Assembly (NCBI RefSeq): GCF_052425735.1
Contig: NC_135758.1
Coordinates: 10,230,001 to 10,294,000, forward strand
Source of the DNA: Oculina patagonica
Taxonomy: Eukaryota
Direction: 5' to 3'
DNA length: 64,000 bases
Shown: positions 51,601 to 64,000 of the stretch, piece after piece
How the letters are laid out: every line of letters starts with the position of its first letter
How positions within the stretch are numbered: the stretch's first letter is position 1
Program-made: the position numbers and the translations under genes
Notes under the pieces: generated by a model
The model's input: only the letters and a program-made list of their open reading frames with translations
Told to the model about the DNA's origin: nothing
Database searches by the model: none

Positions 51601-54600
51601 ATTAATTCTTCCATCTTTTAACGCAGGGAGAGAAATACTTTGTCCTTAAGAAGCGTAAAGGAGCCTCTTCAGTTTGTCGTAACCAACACAGGCCACACGA
51701 ATGCTTCGATCGACCCCCTGTGTTCCGTGGAGCAGAGCTGGAAGAAATGCCCGCGAGTGGTGCGTCAGCGGTACAACCCATCAGATGCCAATCAAGTGAC
51801 GAATCTCCAGAACCCAGTCATGATCCAAATAAAGAAAACAGACCTAGTCGGAGATGGGAGGGAGGGGAGGGTGGAGAGCTGGCAAACGCTGGATCTGTAG
51901 ACAGTGGCCCTGACACTGATGTAAGTTGCACTCGAAGTTTTTGTATGAGTACCGTACGTTCTGTTCCACTTCTAGGTGACAATTTTTAATTAACGATAAA
52001 CCAAATGCAAGGCTGATCGGACAGCTAAAAAAGCTAAATATATTTTATTGCCCGATATTTCGGCTTGCGTTGCGACATAATAAATTTTAGTAGTTGCCCT
52101 GATAGGTTAAATAGTTTGTAAAATCTCAGAATATATATTGATTGTGTGTTAATTATAAATAAACAATAACCTCCATTTCGTGCGAAAACATGCTCTGGTA
52201 TTTGGCATTTGACCACGGACATTTTCTGTTCCGTGGAGCGAACAGTTTTCGGAGAGCAACTGATCATGAAGCTCGCGGAAAACTTTGATCATCTACTATA
52301 ACCAGATCTAATGTTCAATTACTAATATCCCTGCATATTTTTGAAACCAAATGAAAGATTTTGAGTTTATTGGCCTTCAAGTATTTATATAGACAATGCC
52401 GCTCTTTTTGGGAGACTTCCCTTCCAAGCTGTTATATCTAATAAATATAATTCTGCGGCGTTCAAAAATATTACTAATCTGCTCAAAATTATATCAGTTC
52501 CATTCAGTTTAAAAATTTAGCTAGGACGAAAACTAAACGAGCGAACGTAAACGCAAGTTTTTGAAACTGGGGAATATTACTTTGGGGGTTTCTTTGTAGT
52601 GAATATAGATGATTTTTTTACGATTTTTCCCTTTTGCTCTTAATCTATTGTATTGTCCTATTAAACTTGATTAAAAATTATCATGTTCTATATTCCATAA
52701 GTGAACCAAAACACATGCAGCAAGCAAATGTGAAATTCTATCATCTGTTTTTTGGTAGATACCTGAAGAGACCCATGCAGTGCTAAGTAACCACCCCAGG
52801 CCAACCGCACATATTGACCGACTGGTGCAGGGCCCCTCTATGTTCCGAGCAGCAGATCTGGAAGAAATGCCCGCAAGTGATGCATCAGCGGTACCACCCA
52901 TGAGACGCCAATCAAGGGACGTAGCATTCGACCTCAGTCACGATCCAAATAATGAGAACAGGCTAAACGTCAGACGCCAATCAAGGGACGAATCTTTCGA
53001 CCTCAGTCATGATCCAAATGATGACAACAGGCTAACCGAAAGAAGAGAGGGTGGGGAGGGTAGCGATGGATCTATATCCGGTGGCCTTGATACTGATGTA
53101 AGTTGATTTATTACATACATTGTGTGAGCTGCGCGTGTACCAAGCCTAGTCCCTAGGCTTTTTCGGTCAAACCTGGACCCTATTGCGAGCCGCACTTTGC
53201 GCATACAATAGGACGAGAGAGAACGCCTAGGGACAAGGCTGGCCTGTACCAATAATAGGTAGCAACATGAATTGAGAGGTTTTGCGTATAATTCAACCCA
53301 AAGCCAAAACATTCCAGGCTTCAATTAATTTGAACAGTCTTAGCAGCAATAGTAACATTCTCGTCACCATAGCCCTTTCGTGTCTTTTAGCCGGCTGGGC
53401 CTTGGCACGAGAAAACAAAGGGCTCTGGGGACACAGGATTTCCAGTCCTAGATTCTAGGACTTTCGGTCTTCGTGTATGCGGTCATGACGTTTCAAAAGA
53501 ATGTATGAGAGAGTCATTACGTTTTTGACTTCCGTTTAAGAATTCTTTGTTCCAAACCGCCAATAAAAAAAATTCGAATTAATTCAAAAATCCTATGTCC
53601 TCAGAGCTCTTCGTTTTCTCGTGCCAAGCCGTCTAAAGAGAAACGAAAGGGCTGTGGGGACGAGAATGCAATAGCAACAGCAGCGGAGTGAAATTTTATG
53701 TTGTCCCTTCAATTACTGTTCCGAGACAACAATAGTTTGATAAACCGTAGGTCCCGTCTCAGTCCTGTATCTTCAGTCTCATAGCAGGGGACGTTATAAT
53801 TAAAGAACACACACTATTCACAAAGAAGCCCCAGGCAACAAGCCCCAGGCACGAAGTTCCCGGTGTTGTGGTCTGGCCTTTGTGTGTAGTAAATTACAGC
53901 ATGTGAACAGCGCATTTGAACATATACATATGGAAAATGCGCTATATAAATGCATTATCATTATCATTATTATTATTTTCCTTTGTTTCTGCAGATTATA
54001 GTAAGGAATAGAGTCAACTCCCGCCTTGCGGACACCTCGCTATTACGGCACCCCGTTATAACGGACAGGAGTGGAAGTCGCGAACAAGAATTACTGAAAT
54101 AAAATAACAAATTGTGGTCCCGAAGGTGTCCGTTATAGAGAGAGTTGGCTGTATTTTGATTCAAATGGAGTTAAAAATCTATATCTTGACTAGATAAATT
54201 ATGTGGTTTGAAAATTTAATAACAAAAAGGAATAACACGCGAGACTTCTAAGGGTATCTTCTCAGGGATAAAATACTATGCGTGAGCTGCAGCATTAGAT
54301 GTTTAACTTAAACCTTTTTGTTTTGTTTTTTTGGTTGTAGGATCGCAGCGACGATGACGTAGAAGGTTAGTGTCCGTTGTGGATTACTCTGTTTATAAAA
54401 TGTTTGTGGAATTGCGGGCGCTATGATTGGTCAGTTCGAGCTCATCGTAGCTTTATAAAGCACGCAGCAAATGCTTTATTGAGTTTTAGAATAATGGCTG
54501 TGGTCACATCTACGGATCTACGGCTACTAATTAGGTAATGTTGGCCGCTTTCGGTAATGTTGACCGCTTCTCTGTTCGCTCTAACTATAGTTAGAAAATT

Positions 54601-55596
54601 TACGCCTTGGTGATCCAAAACAATGCAGACTAACTATACCCAAGCAGTTTTCATGGGTTCAGTAGTCTTTACCCTCGGACCTACAAGCAAATTCATACCC
54701 CAACCATCGTACTAGCTTCTCAAACGTTTGAGACAAACCTTGGAATCTGCCTCGTCTCCAGGTCGCCGTTGCATCAATGGATGCGAAGGACGGCAAACAG
54801 AGAGCAGCGGCGCTTGATTTTTATAAGCTTCGGAACGCGGAGTCCAGTTTTTTTAGGTGCTACAGACCCTGACAGGAGCGACCTTTTGCCCTCGTGAGGT
54901 TAAGAATCGAGGGAGTTATTAAATGTTAAAATAAGAACCTGTTTGGCTAAAAATTTTTTACTCGCGGGTTTTTACTGAATTGTAGCGATGAAGGGTTGCT
55001 AAATAAAACGAAAGTAACAAAGGCCACAATCTCTCTCCTCCGCAGAGGCCTCTTATTTTTTCGTACGGGATGGGAAATAGGGAGAGGTGAAAAGTAAGCG
55101 CGCGGAGCCTGGGGAGAATCGAAACGAAAGCGCGCAGGGGACACTGGGAAGGGAAAAGGCTTTTCACCTTCCCCGACTGAAGAAGCCTCTGCGGAGGAGA
55201 GAGGGTCTCAATTGAAGCTTTAGGAGCGTTGCGGCTTTTTCAGTACGACAAAGAAAACAAAAATATAATACATGTTGTTATAGTTTCAATGTTTGAAGGA
55301 TACATGAAATTACTCTAAAAATTGATTTTTGCTCTTCCCAAAAACCGTCTAGAAGATTATTGTAAAACATGACTTAGGCCAAATGTTTCGTTTCCCATCG
55401 CTCGACCGACCCAAGTTTTTCGAAATGTAAAAAAAAAATCCAGATTCACTAGTCAAAGAGGCAGGTACTTTAATTTACAAGCGCACGATCTTGTTTCATT
55501 TACAACAATTGGTGTGATGTGATGTCCTTGTCTTTAATTAACATGGATACTAAGTTAACGATTGTTCCAACTTTCTCAGGCAGCGAGATCAACTGA
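48640..55596 (+). CDS. SOWAH(sosondowah)-like N-terminal winged-helix protein; exons 48640-48766, 48848-48909, 51627-51920, 52759-53097, 54341-54365, tentative last exon 55580-55596
   Basis: MSEGEAISYASVREFLARNNGKVKSIDLVYHFRQQLSHPVNRKIVRGKFKEIVHTIATVQTIDGEKYFVLKKR matches the SOWAH N-terminal pattern as recalled. ETS, YY1 and CRE motifs lie at 48445-48580. Confidence 0.7.
49761..50147. mobile_element. MITE with CCCGGG ends and 8-bp TSD
   Basis: cttcaatc-CCCGGGGGG...CCCCCGGG-cttcaatc. Confidence 0.75.
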
Positions 55597-56226
55597 AACA
55601 AAATATTTCGGTTCTGCATCTCCTGGCTTCTTAAATAAGCCCAGACCCCTTAAAGTGTTCACTCTTTTTTTTTTTTGCCCGACCGACCTTCACAAGAGAC
55701 GGGGCGAGGGGAAACGAAACATTTAATTGGGATGGCCTTACAGGAATGAGGAAGTCAAACCACTTTGCTTCGAAAATTAAAAAAATGCAATGTTAAGTTA
55801 TGTTGCTTGGCCGTGAAATCCAGTGAAGAATTAAACCATGATCTTATGTGATTAGGTAAAAATCGAAGGTTGTCTTGCGACAAAATTTTAATTTCCAGTA
55901 ATATTTTAAGACTTCAGTAAAAATCTGCACCAACTTCCTCGAGGTTCATCTTAAATTAATTCGTCATGGTTGTCACCCAGGCGACCACAATATTTACATT
56001 CTTAAGCGAAAAACGGTGAGGTCATCTACAACTTTGGCTTTTTAATTATAGCTAATTATGCTAATTAAGGCCGATTTACACGGTACGATTGTGTTGCATG
56101 CGACACGCTTACGACAGGCCTACGACATGACTTAGGGCTATTCACACGCGCGCGACATTTTCGCATACGACGTGCCAAAATCGCGTGCAATTTCACCCCG
56201 GAGGACTGGGGATAGCAACAAACAAA

Positions 56227-58444
56227 ATGGCCGACGTTTCGGCCGCGGTGGTTGTTGCGGTAATTTGTAAAAGAAGGAAGAGAAAAAGAAAGGCAAGGGA
56301 AGTGTGGGTAAGAGAATGGCTTAGGAGAAGAACAGAGCGAGGGGTTTACAGGCAGTTATTAGAGGAGCTGAGGTTGAAGACGAAGAGAATTACAGGAGAT
56401 ACCTGCGGATGGACACTGAAACATTTCAGGTGAGGTTAAATGGTTTCCTTCATGTAAACACGCAACGGTTGGTTGGCGTTGTTTTTGAACAGTGTAATCC
56501 GTTTCCAAAAACAACCTTTAACGGAAAACGCAATATCTTTTACGAGGGTGAAAAATTTTTTCCGGCGTTTTTTTTCCGTTTCGTTTTCTCGTTTCAGTTT
56601 TAGCGCGCACACATTCAGATTTTGTTTTATGTTCGTAATTGTGATTACTTAGGTGGCATTTCAATTTAACGATATCGAAGAACAAATTTGACAAATCAGT
56701 TCAGTTAAATTTATGTTACATTTACAGTTTACAAGCTTTACAAAGGAGAAAATTTTTAATAAATTTTTTTTTTCTGTTTCATATTTCGTATTGAGCGTGA
56801 TTCGTGATTCCCCATGGGATTTAAATAATTTACAGTACCTTTTTTTGCCGGACACAGCATAATATCATTTATGAAAATCAGAATGCCAATTGATGAATTA
56901 GTAGTGATTATTATTTATTTGCATCGATTTTCATATGATTCGCCTGAAACAATTGTACAAAAGACACATTGTAAACCCTAAATTTTATTCCCCAAAGAAT
57001 TTTGTTGGTGTTTCAACTACTTGAGTTTGAATTATATTTAATATGATAAAATATGTAACCACGTAGATTGAGTTAACAGTCAAAGGTTACTGTTTTTTCT
57101 CCTTATATGACATATTAATTATATTAATTTTGTCAAGGTCCTATTTAGCTATGCAAAATTATTAAAATGTTTAGGACCTTCTGGACAAAGTGAAACCACT
57201 TATTGAAAAAAGGGAAACAAACATGAGGCAGCCAATACCACCTGGAGAACGGCTGGCAGTGACTTTGAGGTTCTTGGCTACAGGGGAATCATTTTCTAGC
57301 CTGCAGTACCAATTTAGAATCAGTGCATCCTCCTTATCCATTATTATTCCAGAAGTGTGTCAAGCCATCTTTGAGGTTTGTTTGTTTGCTTATTTATTGA
57401 GTTATGTGTTTCTTTATCTTGTTTCCTTTTTCATGCTTTAGTGCCGAACAACCTCCTGATTATTGTAAATCAGCTCTTCATTTAGCTTGTCAACTATCCT
57501 GAGTGACTAAAACCTAATTTTTGTTTTTATATTTAATTTATATTTGGTAATGTTGTTGCTGATGTTATTGTTAGGTCCTCAAGGATGACTACTTTAAATG
57601 TCCAAGTACCCCAGAGGAGTGGTTGGAAATAGCCCAGCTATTTCATGATCGTTGGCAGTTACCACATTGCATTGGTGCTGCAGATGGAAAACATGTACGC
57701 ATTCTCCACCCACGCAACTCTGGCTCTGAATTCTATAATTACAAGGGCTTCTTCAGTGTTGTGTTGCTGGCTGTTGTCGATGCCGATTACAAATTTATAT
57801 TTGCTGATGTGGGCTGCCAAGGCAGAATAAGTGATGGTGGTGTTCTTAGGAACAGTCTCTTTTGGAAAGCACTAGTCAATGGCTCCCTTGGTTTACCCCA
57901 GCCAAGGTTGCTTCCTGAGTCAACAGACAAGTCTTTCGATGGCAGTTACACCAGTGAGCCAGTATCTTACTATCTAGCTGGAGATGATGCCTTTCCACTA
58001 GAGAATAACATCATGAAGCCTTATTCTCAGAGAAATCTTTCAGAGGAGAAAAGGATCTTCAACTACAGGCTTTCCAGAGCACGACGCATCAGTGAAAATG
58101 TTTTAGGCATTTTAACAAGCAGGTTCAGGGTGTTTTCCACTGTCTTGTGTGCAAAGCCAGCAAGTGCTGTAAAAATTGTCCTATGTGCAATAGCTCTGCA
58201 CAACTTCCTGAGGTCAAGAGTTCCAGAGAGGTATATCCCCTCTGGGGCCCTTGACATGGAAAACTCTAATGGTGAAGTTACCGAAGGTTCCTGGAGGCGC
58301 GAGGTTCATAACAACCCATTTGCAAGCATCCCAAATTCACGAAAAGGAAGACAACCAAGAAAGGCAGAGGAAATGAGGGACCAGTTGTGCAACTATGTGA
58401 ATGGTCCAGGCCAAGTGCCATGGCAGTGGAATGTCTTAATTTAA
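56227..58444 (+). CDS. Harbinger DDE transposase (HARBI1-like); exons 56227-56429, 57175-57375, 57575-58444; one frameshift near 56376
   Basis: VWVREWL, YLRM, ERLAVTLRFLATGESFSSL, CIGAADGKH, FYNYKGFFS, GRISDGG, GDDAFPL and FNYRLSRARRISEN. Confidence 0.92.
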
Positions 58445-59193
58445 CTTTTAAAACTGTTACAGGAGGGTAGCAAAGGGGGTGTCGTACGTCATCCCATTTC
58501 ACACAAATCTTAACCAAATTCACACGTCACGTATACTTAAAATGTTCAGCACAATTAACAAATCACATGTCATGACATCTCATGGTATATTTGCTGCCCT
58601 GTTTACACGCATCGCATACTAATTTTTTCCCTTTTTACTTGTCACACATTAACCATTTGCTACCCTCTTACAGTAAGCAATTTGCATCTACCCTACTTGT
58701 AAATTTCATCAAAAGCTTATGATTTCATGCCCTTAGGTCAGTTGAACACCAGTCTTGTTTGGAATAAAAAATAATGAATGGAACAGTCAGTTGCATGAGG
58801 AAAGTGAATATTTTATTGAACTTTAAATTTTGTTGAACATGTATTTAGTTGGGTGTAGCATTATACTTCAATATGCTAATCCATGCCTCTGATGAAAATT
58901 CATTTTTTTAACATTAAATAAATAAATATTCAAGTATAAAGTGATATAACAGTATCTAAATAAGTACTGCGGTATTTTTTTGTGGTATTTCCTGGTATTT
59001 TTTTAATAAATACAGGCTGTTCATAAAAAGGCATAAATGCCAAAGCTTTCGCTAATAATTTAAACAAGAACATTGTGGAACTTGTGAATGTCTCAATAAT
59101 ACATTATTTTTCAAAGCTCATTGATTTTTGAGTTAAAGTTGATTCACAAATTAAAGAAAAGTAGCTACTTGACTGTCATTCCTATTCATCAAA

Positions 59194-60861
59194 TTAATTT
59201 GACAAGTTGGAAATGGACTGCCCTAGGGGTAACATTACCTTAACTATACTTTGCTGGATTTCAATCTTGAGCATTTCTTTGGCATACCCTTCCGGTATTT
59301 TTTTTAGTTGTTTTGAAACGTACTGGCCAAATACAATGTCAGCATCACTGACAACCTCTACCTTTGGGCGCTTTATTTCTTGTAGGCAGGTAGCAAGAAG
59401 TTCATCTTCTAATGCTAGTGTTTTTTTCCTTTTGTTCTTCCCTGAAGGGGGGTTCACAGTAGGGAACACACTGTCATCCGTAAGTTGTTGAGTTGCTTTC
59501 TGTGAGGGCTGGTCTATGTCCACCTCTTCATTTTCTTTGTCCTCAATCTCCAAATTACTTGTAGTCTTGCGTGGAGTTATATTATCTCTCAAAAAGTGCA
59601 GAGAGGTAAAGAAAGGCCACTTTGACACATAAACATCCTTCGTCCCTTTTCCACTCGTTTTACTTCCCCTCTCTTTTCCAATTTCTTTTCCATAATATGT
59701 CCGCAGGGTGGCCATTTTTTTTAGAAGATCATCACTTGTAAGACCTAGTTAATATATCACACAGAGAGTCAGCAACATAAGTTGCAACAAAAGCAAAACC
59801 AGAGCAAGTACCTGTACCACTCAATTGGGGGGCTGTGGCTCACTCAAACCCTTATTAGCTGATTTAAAAGAAAGATACTGGAGGTTAAAGGAGAAAATGG
59901 CCTTTTTAAAATTAAGCCAAAACAAATACGTAAATTGGAATTACACTGGAATGGGCCACAGTCATTATCAAGTATACAATTTTGCTTTTCTTTTCTTTGA
60001 ACTGAAGCTTGCAAACAAGATATTAAATATCAGCATTGTTGTGTACATGTATGTGAACAATAATTCTTCAGTGTGATTTTATTTCAGAAAAAAAGGCTTC
60101 CAGATAAATTGTGATACAAAACTGTTTTTTATTTATTTATCATCCACAAAATAAAAATACATGGATAACTAAGCAGCCTACAGTTGTGGGAAAAACTTTT
60201 TGTAAGGAAACAATGATTATCAGTAGTTTTAAATTAACTTAAGTTCATTTGGAGTCACCTAGCTCATTGCAATTTTTTTGGCTGATGAAATCTCTTCAAT
60301 TTTGGAAAATCTTCGACATGCACTGTTTTTGCACACATCGCGTTCACGGCCGGAAATGCGTCTGCTCTCGCAGGCTACGTTCAATACAGTTATTTAGAAA
60401 TTTATGAATTTTGATAGTAGTCACTGGTACGTAAAAAATCAGGAATAATTAGTCCTCGACAAAACTAGCTGAAAATACAGATCATGTCGGCGGTCCACTT
60501 GAAGATTTGTTCGCTTCAGTAAAATTCATCAAGTCGCAACAAACCACCTGCATGTGCCAGCCGTAACGTTGGTGATGATAGACAATTTGTCTACATAAAC
60601 ATTTGTTCTGCTAGTGCGAATAGGCCCTAAATAATCACCCTTTGAGGTTTAATTATAAGCTTACCTCGTTTATCCAGGAGTACTAGGATGCGATTAATCG
60701 CAACCTGCCTGACATCTTTTAAAGTAGTCCCCATGGCGGCAGTTGAAAAGTACTTCTTCTTTACTCCATAGTGATATTAAAAGTTCTGTTTCCTGTTCCG
60801 AAAAAGTTATCTTCGCTTTTGTACTCGGTGACTTGCCAACAATGGCAACTTCGTCCGCCAT
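59194..60861 (-). CDS. Harbinger MADF/Myb-SANT DNA-binding protein with BESS-like C-terminus; exons 60665-60861, 59194-59744; one frameshift near 60718
   Basis: FSEQETELLISLW...LFN...YFK, KKMATLRTYYGKE, YVSKWPFF.SL.FL and DIVFGQYVSKQLKKI...LKIEIQQSI. Confidence 0.88.
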
Positions 60862-61329
60862 TTTGACGAAAGACAGCGTCACCTTCCTCCCCTACTCAGT
60901 AGAAATTTGTCACAAAATACGTCATTTTTTGTCGATTTCTGCTACGATTGTCGCTGATTGTCGCAGCGTTTTAAAACATGTTTTAAAATCCTACGACTTT
61001 TTATGTGTCGTGCACGACAGTCGTAAGCGAATTGTAGGTTTGATTTACACGACACAATTCGTGTCGTAGGCCTGTCGTAAGCATGTCGCATGCGACAAAA
61101 TCGTACCGTGTAAATCGGCCTTAACGTAGTATACCATAAAGGAAACCGGATAATCACGTAGGAATAGGATTCGTAAAATTACGAATAAGCCGTCCGCCTC
61201 CGCTCTTTCCTTTGATTCGTTCGCTTGCGATTAACATACCGCGCGAGGACTGGAACTACAATACGAAGGTGATAAAATGGCCGTCATTCCCACTCAAGTG
61301 TAGTATTGTATTTTTGATTTGTAGAGTCC

Positions 61330-63978
61330 ATGGATTTGCCTCCGAGAGGCCCTTCCGTCGTTCATGGTCTAAAGCCTTCACGGGTGAGTATTTTAGTTCA
61401 TCGTAGCGCCTTGCAGAGGTGGTTTGATGTCTTGTTCTTCGCTTGTCGAATGTGTTATTGCTTGAATCCGGAACGCCGATTCGATTCGCGTGTGTAACAT
61501 GCCAGTCTGTTTGTTTATTGCAGAATCCAAATATCAAAATTGTACGGGTAGTTGTTCTGGAAGGTGTTGATTTAGCCAAGAAGGACATTTTTGGCCTTAG
61601 GTACGACATAACTAAAGTATATATTCCGTCTATCTTTTTATTTGTTTGTATGCGTTTGGGCAAATTATTTGAGTGATTTTTACAACGCATAATTTGTAGC
61701 CGGATTGTAGTTCGTTTGATTCTATGATTGACATTTGACAGAAATAATATACCTTCTAAAGTGGTGTGACTGTTTGTAATTTTCACTGTTACAAGCTTTA
61801 ATTGAACGTACAATTTAAGACAATTGACGATGAGTTCTTCGGTTGCATGATAACAACATAAACTTACATTGTACGCCCAAAATTGACATGAATATTATTA
61901 ATTGTAGATAAGCTAATAGATGAATGACAGACCATGTGAAATAATTAAATGCTATATTGTAGAGTAAAATAAAAAAGGCTTCTAAATTACTACAAGTACT
62001 AACTGCCTCGCCAGCTCAATAATGCTTCAATATTATATTTACTATTCCTGAGACTATTTTAAGTACGATATTACTATTATTTTTTTTTAATTTTGCTTAT
62101 ACTGCACCTTCTGATAACACATGTACCCTGAAGTTCAAAACCTAACTATAAATCGTTGCCTTTTTTTGCCATCAATTACAACAGCAATCAACAAACCCTG
62201 GAAAAGAAACAAATAAAACACACTGAAATCTACCAATTGTAACACGGCATGACCTTTTGAAACTTTTCGAATGAACTTCTGTTTCCTGAGAGTTCCACTA
62301 AAAATGATTGATAGCTTTATAGAAACTAGCCATTGGCTGAGAATTTTGATCATGGGTCATTTAGGCGCAGTAATAGGCCATTTCCGAGTTAACCTTTCCC
62401 TCTGTTTCAAAACAATTCTATGTGCGAACCCATTCATACAAATGAAAATGAGTTTGATTTGCGTGAAAATGGATCTGTAGGTAAAACTCATTTTCACATT
62501 AATGGTTTAACACGTAGGTGTAGTTCTGAAAATGGAGGAAAAGAGTAATTCGGAAATGGCCTATATATCCTGACCAGTAAAATGATGACATTTTATTATG
62601 TCACACATCAAATTCGAGAATTCAGTATCATTTTTCAAGTTTGGTAATTGGAGTGAGTGAAGTGTTTCAGGGAGTAATTGGGTGAAATATTGTTAAAATA
62701 TTATTTTAATTGTATCTATAACAAAATTCTCAATCGTGATTGGCTCTGCACATGCCTATATGTCACATAATTGCCGCAAGATCGTGTGGGTGTCCAATTA
62801 CAGGTATCCAATTTGAACAACTTCAAATTGGATACCTGTAATTGGATACAGATCTATCTCATAATTTATGTGTCAATTATGCACTAAGATTGGTTCCTTC
62901 TTGCTGATTTCCTACTGTTTATAAAACTGATCGAAAAAAACCTTTGCGTAATGCTTGTAATTGGACAGTGTAATAGGACACCGTAGGCATCATGCCTATG
63001 TGCAATTTTGGACAATATGCATCATTTTCGCGCGCTTTTGTTGTGGGATTTTGTTGAGTAAATTTTTACATTTTACATAAGGTTATTTTGTTTCTCTGAT
63101 TTTGTCATAGTTTTGATTACTGGTAACTGGTAAAAAGGACTTGTGTCGTCCAACTCAGTCAGTAATCATACTCATGATCAACAAATCGGACTCCTGCTTT
63201 GCAGTCGTCCAAATTTGTAAATCATGTATGATTACAGGCCAAATTGGACTCCACTGGGTCCAAATATTACTGAATTGTACTTCACTCTATCCATTACTAT
63301 AATTACTGATATCCTTGCTACATGCATATGTACTTTTCTTTTTAGCAGCTGTGTATTTAATCATCTCTTTTCTTGTCCTTGTTTTACTTTCTCAGTGATC
63401 CTTACTGTAGAATAAAATTGTTCAGGGGAGACAGGGAGTTTGGAGAAATTGACTCTGTTTGTACTGAAACTATCAAAAAGGTAAGGTTTGTGGCCATTTC
63501 TTTTTCCAATAATCCGGTACAGTTTTAATACACATGTATGTATGTATGTTGTCTCCGAGTCTTAATTTCTTTTGTGAGGCTAATAAAGTCTAAAGTTGTC
63601 AGCTGTAGTTTATTTGCCAGATTGCTCAATTCTCCAAGTTAAGACCATTTTAGTCGCCATGGCGACTAAAATTTTGGAGCTGGGGAATAAGTTGGAACCG
63701 AAGTCGCCAGCCTGGCGACTAAAATTGAGAAGAAGGGTTGAAAGCGTGGGCTTAATTGGTGAGGGGGGTTTTTTTTTAGTGACTAAAATTTTTCACTGGC
63801 GACCAAATATGAGCAGTCGGTGGCCAAATGGCCACTAAGGAAGAAAATTAACTAGGAGGGTTGTTGCTACCTCAAAACAGGCTTGATTATACCACTTATA
63901 TATTGAATTCTAACATTTTTTTTTTCATTTTCTCTTAAGACCTTGCATCCTAACTGGAACCAAGGATTTTTCTTTCGG
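61330..63978 (+). CDS. NEDD4: NEDD4-type E3 ubiquitin ligase, 5' part (C2 domain), continuing past the window; exons 61330-61383, 61524-61600, 63396-63480, 63940-63978
   Basis: Spliced translation ...[31 protein letters not shown]...TETIKKTLHPNWNQGFFFR matches the NEDD4/NEDD4L C2 signature [13 protein letters not shown]...TIKKTLNPKWNEEF.FRV. The WW and HECT domains are not in the window. Confidence 0.88.
63631..63858. mobile_element. MITE (second copy at ~40994-41125)
   Basis: Both copies share aagttaagaccattttagt.gccatgg...ggccaaatggccactaagga...aact.ggaggg. Confidence 0.65.
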
Positions 63979-64000
63979 GTAAGCTCAAATCCAGAGTTTC

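Larger units (their letters stand above)
56068..61121. mobile_element. Full-length PIF/Harbinger transposon, about 5.05 kb
   Basis: ~62-bp TIRs AGGCCGATTTACACGGTACGATT...TACGACAGGCCTACGACA, TTA/TAA flanks, and convergent transposase and MADF genes. Confidence 0.95.

Noticed and set aside
61256-61813. 185-aa minus-strand ORF
   Set aside because: It is antisense to NEDD4 exons 1-2, has a non-ATG start and shows no recognisable domain.
63426-63480. Further exon of the SOWAH-like gene
   Set aside because: It is better explained as part of NEDD4 exon 63396-63480 ([10 protein letters not shown]...TIKK).

Overview
Eukaryotic, AT-rich, intron-containing and repeat-dense DNA. The repeat families and gene structures suggest a cnidarian, probably a stony coral (inference). 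Host genes read by hand: an intronless class A GPCR (-), a candidate spliced 70-aa small-protein gene (-), a complete 13-exon ETFA (-, 18560-37174), a solitary divergent histone H2A with a 3' stem-loop placed head-to-head with ETFA, an INCA1-like gene, a SOWAH-like winged-helix gene with no visible ankyrin repeats, and the first four coding exons (C2 domain) of a NEDD4-type E3 ligase. Mobile DNA: (1) an 8.1-kb CACTG-ended EnSpm/CACTA-like element in ETFA intron 2, with a gutted transposase and an intact 5-exon SAM-domain passenger gene; (2) a 5-kb two-gene Harbinger just upstream of NEDD4; (3) a second, indel-riddled Harbinger-like element; (4) a 5'-truncated LINE whose tail abuts an ETFA splice donor; (5) two short Penelope-like hairpin insertions with hammerhead-like motifs, one carrying a copy of a nearby host exon in its loop; (6) tRNA-derived SINEs, a Helentron-like element and many MITEs. 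No database searches were run, and family assignments rest on recalled motifs.
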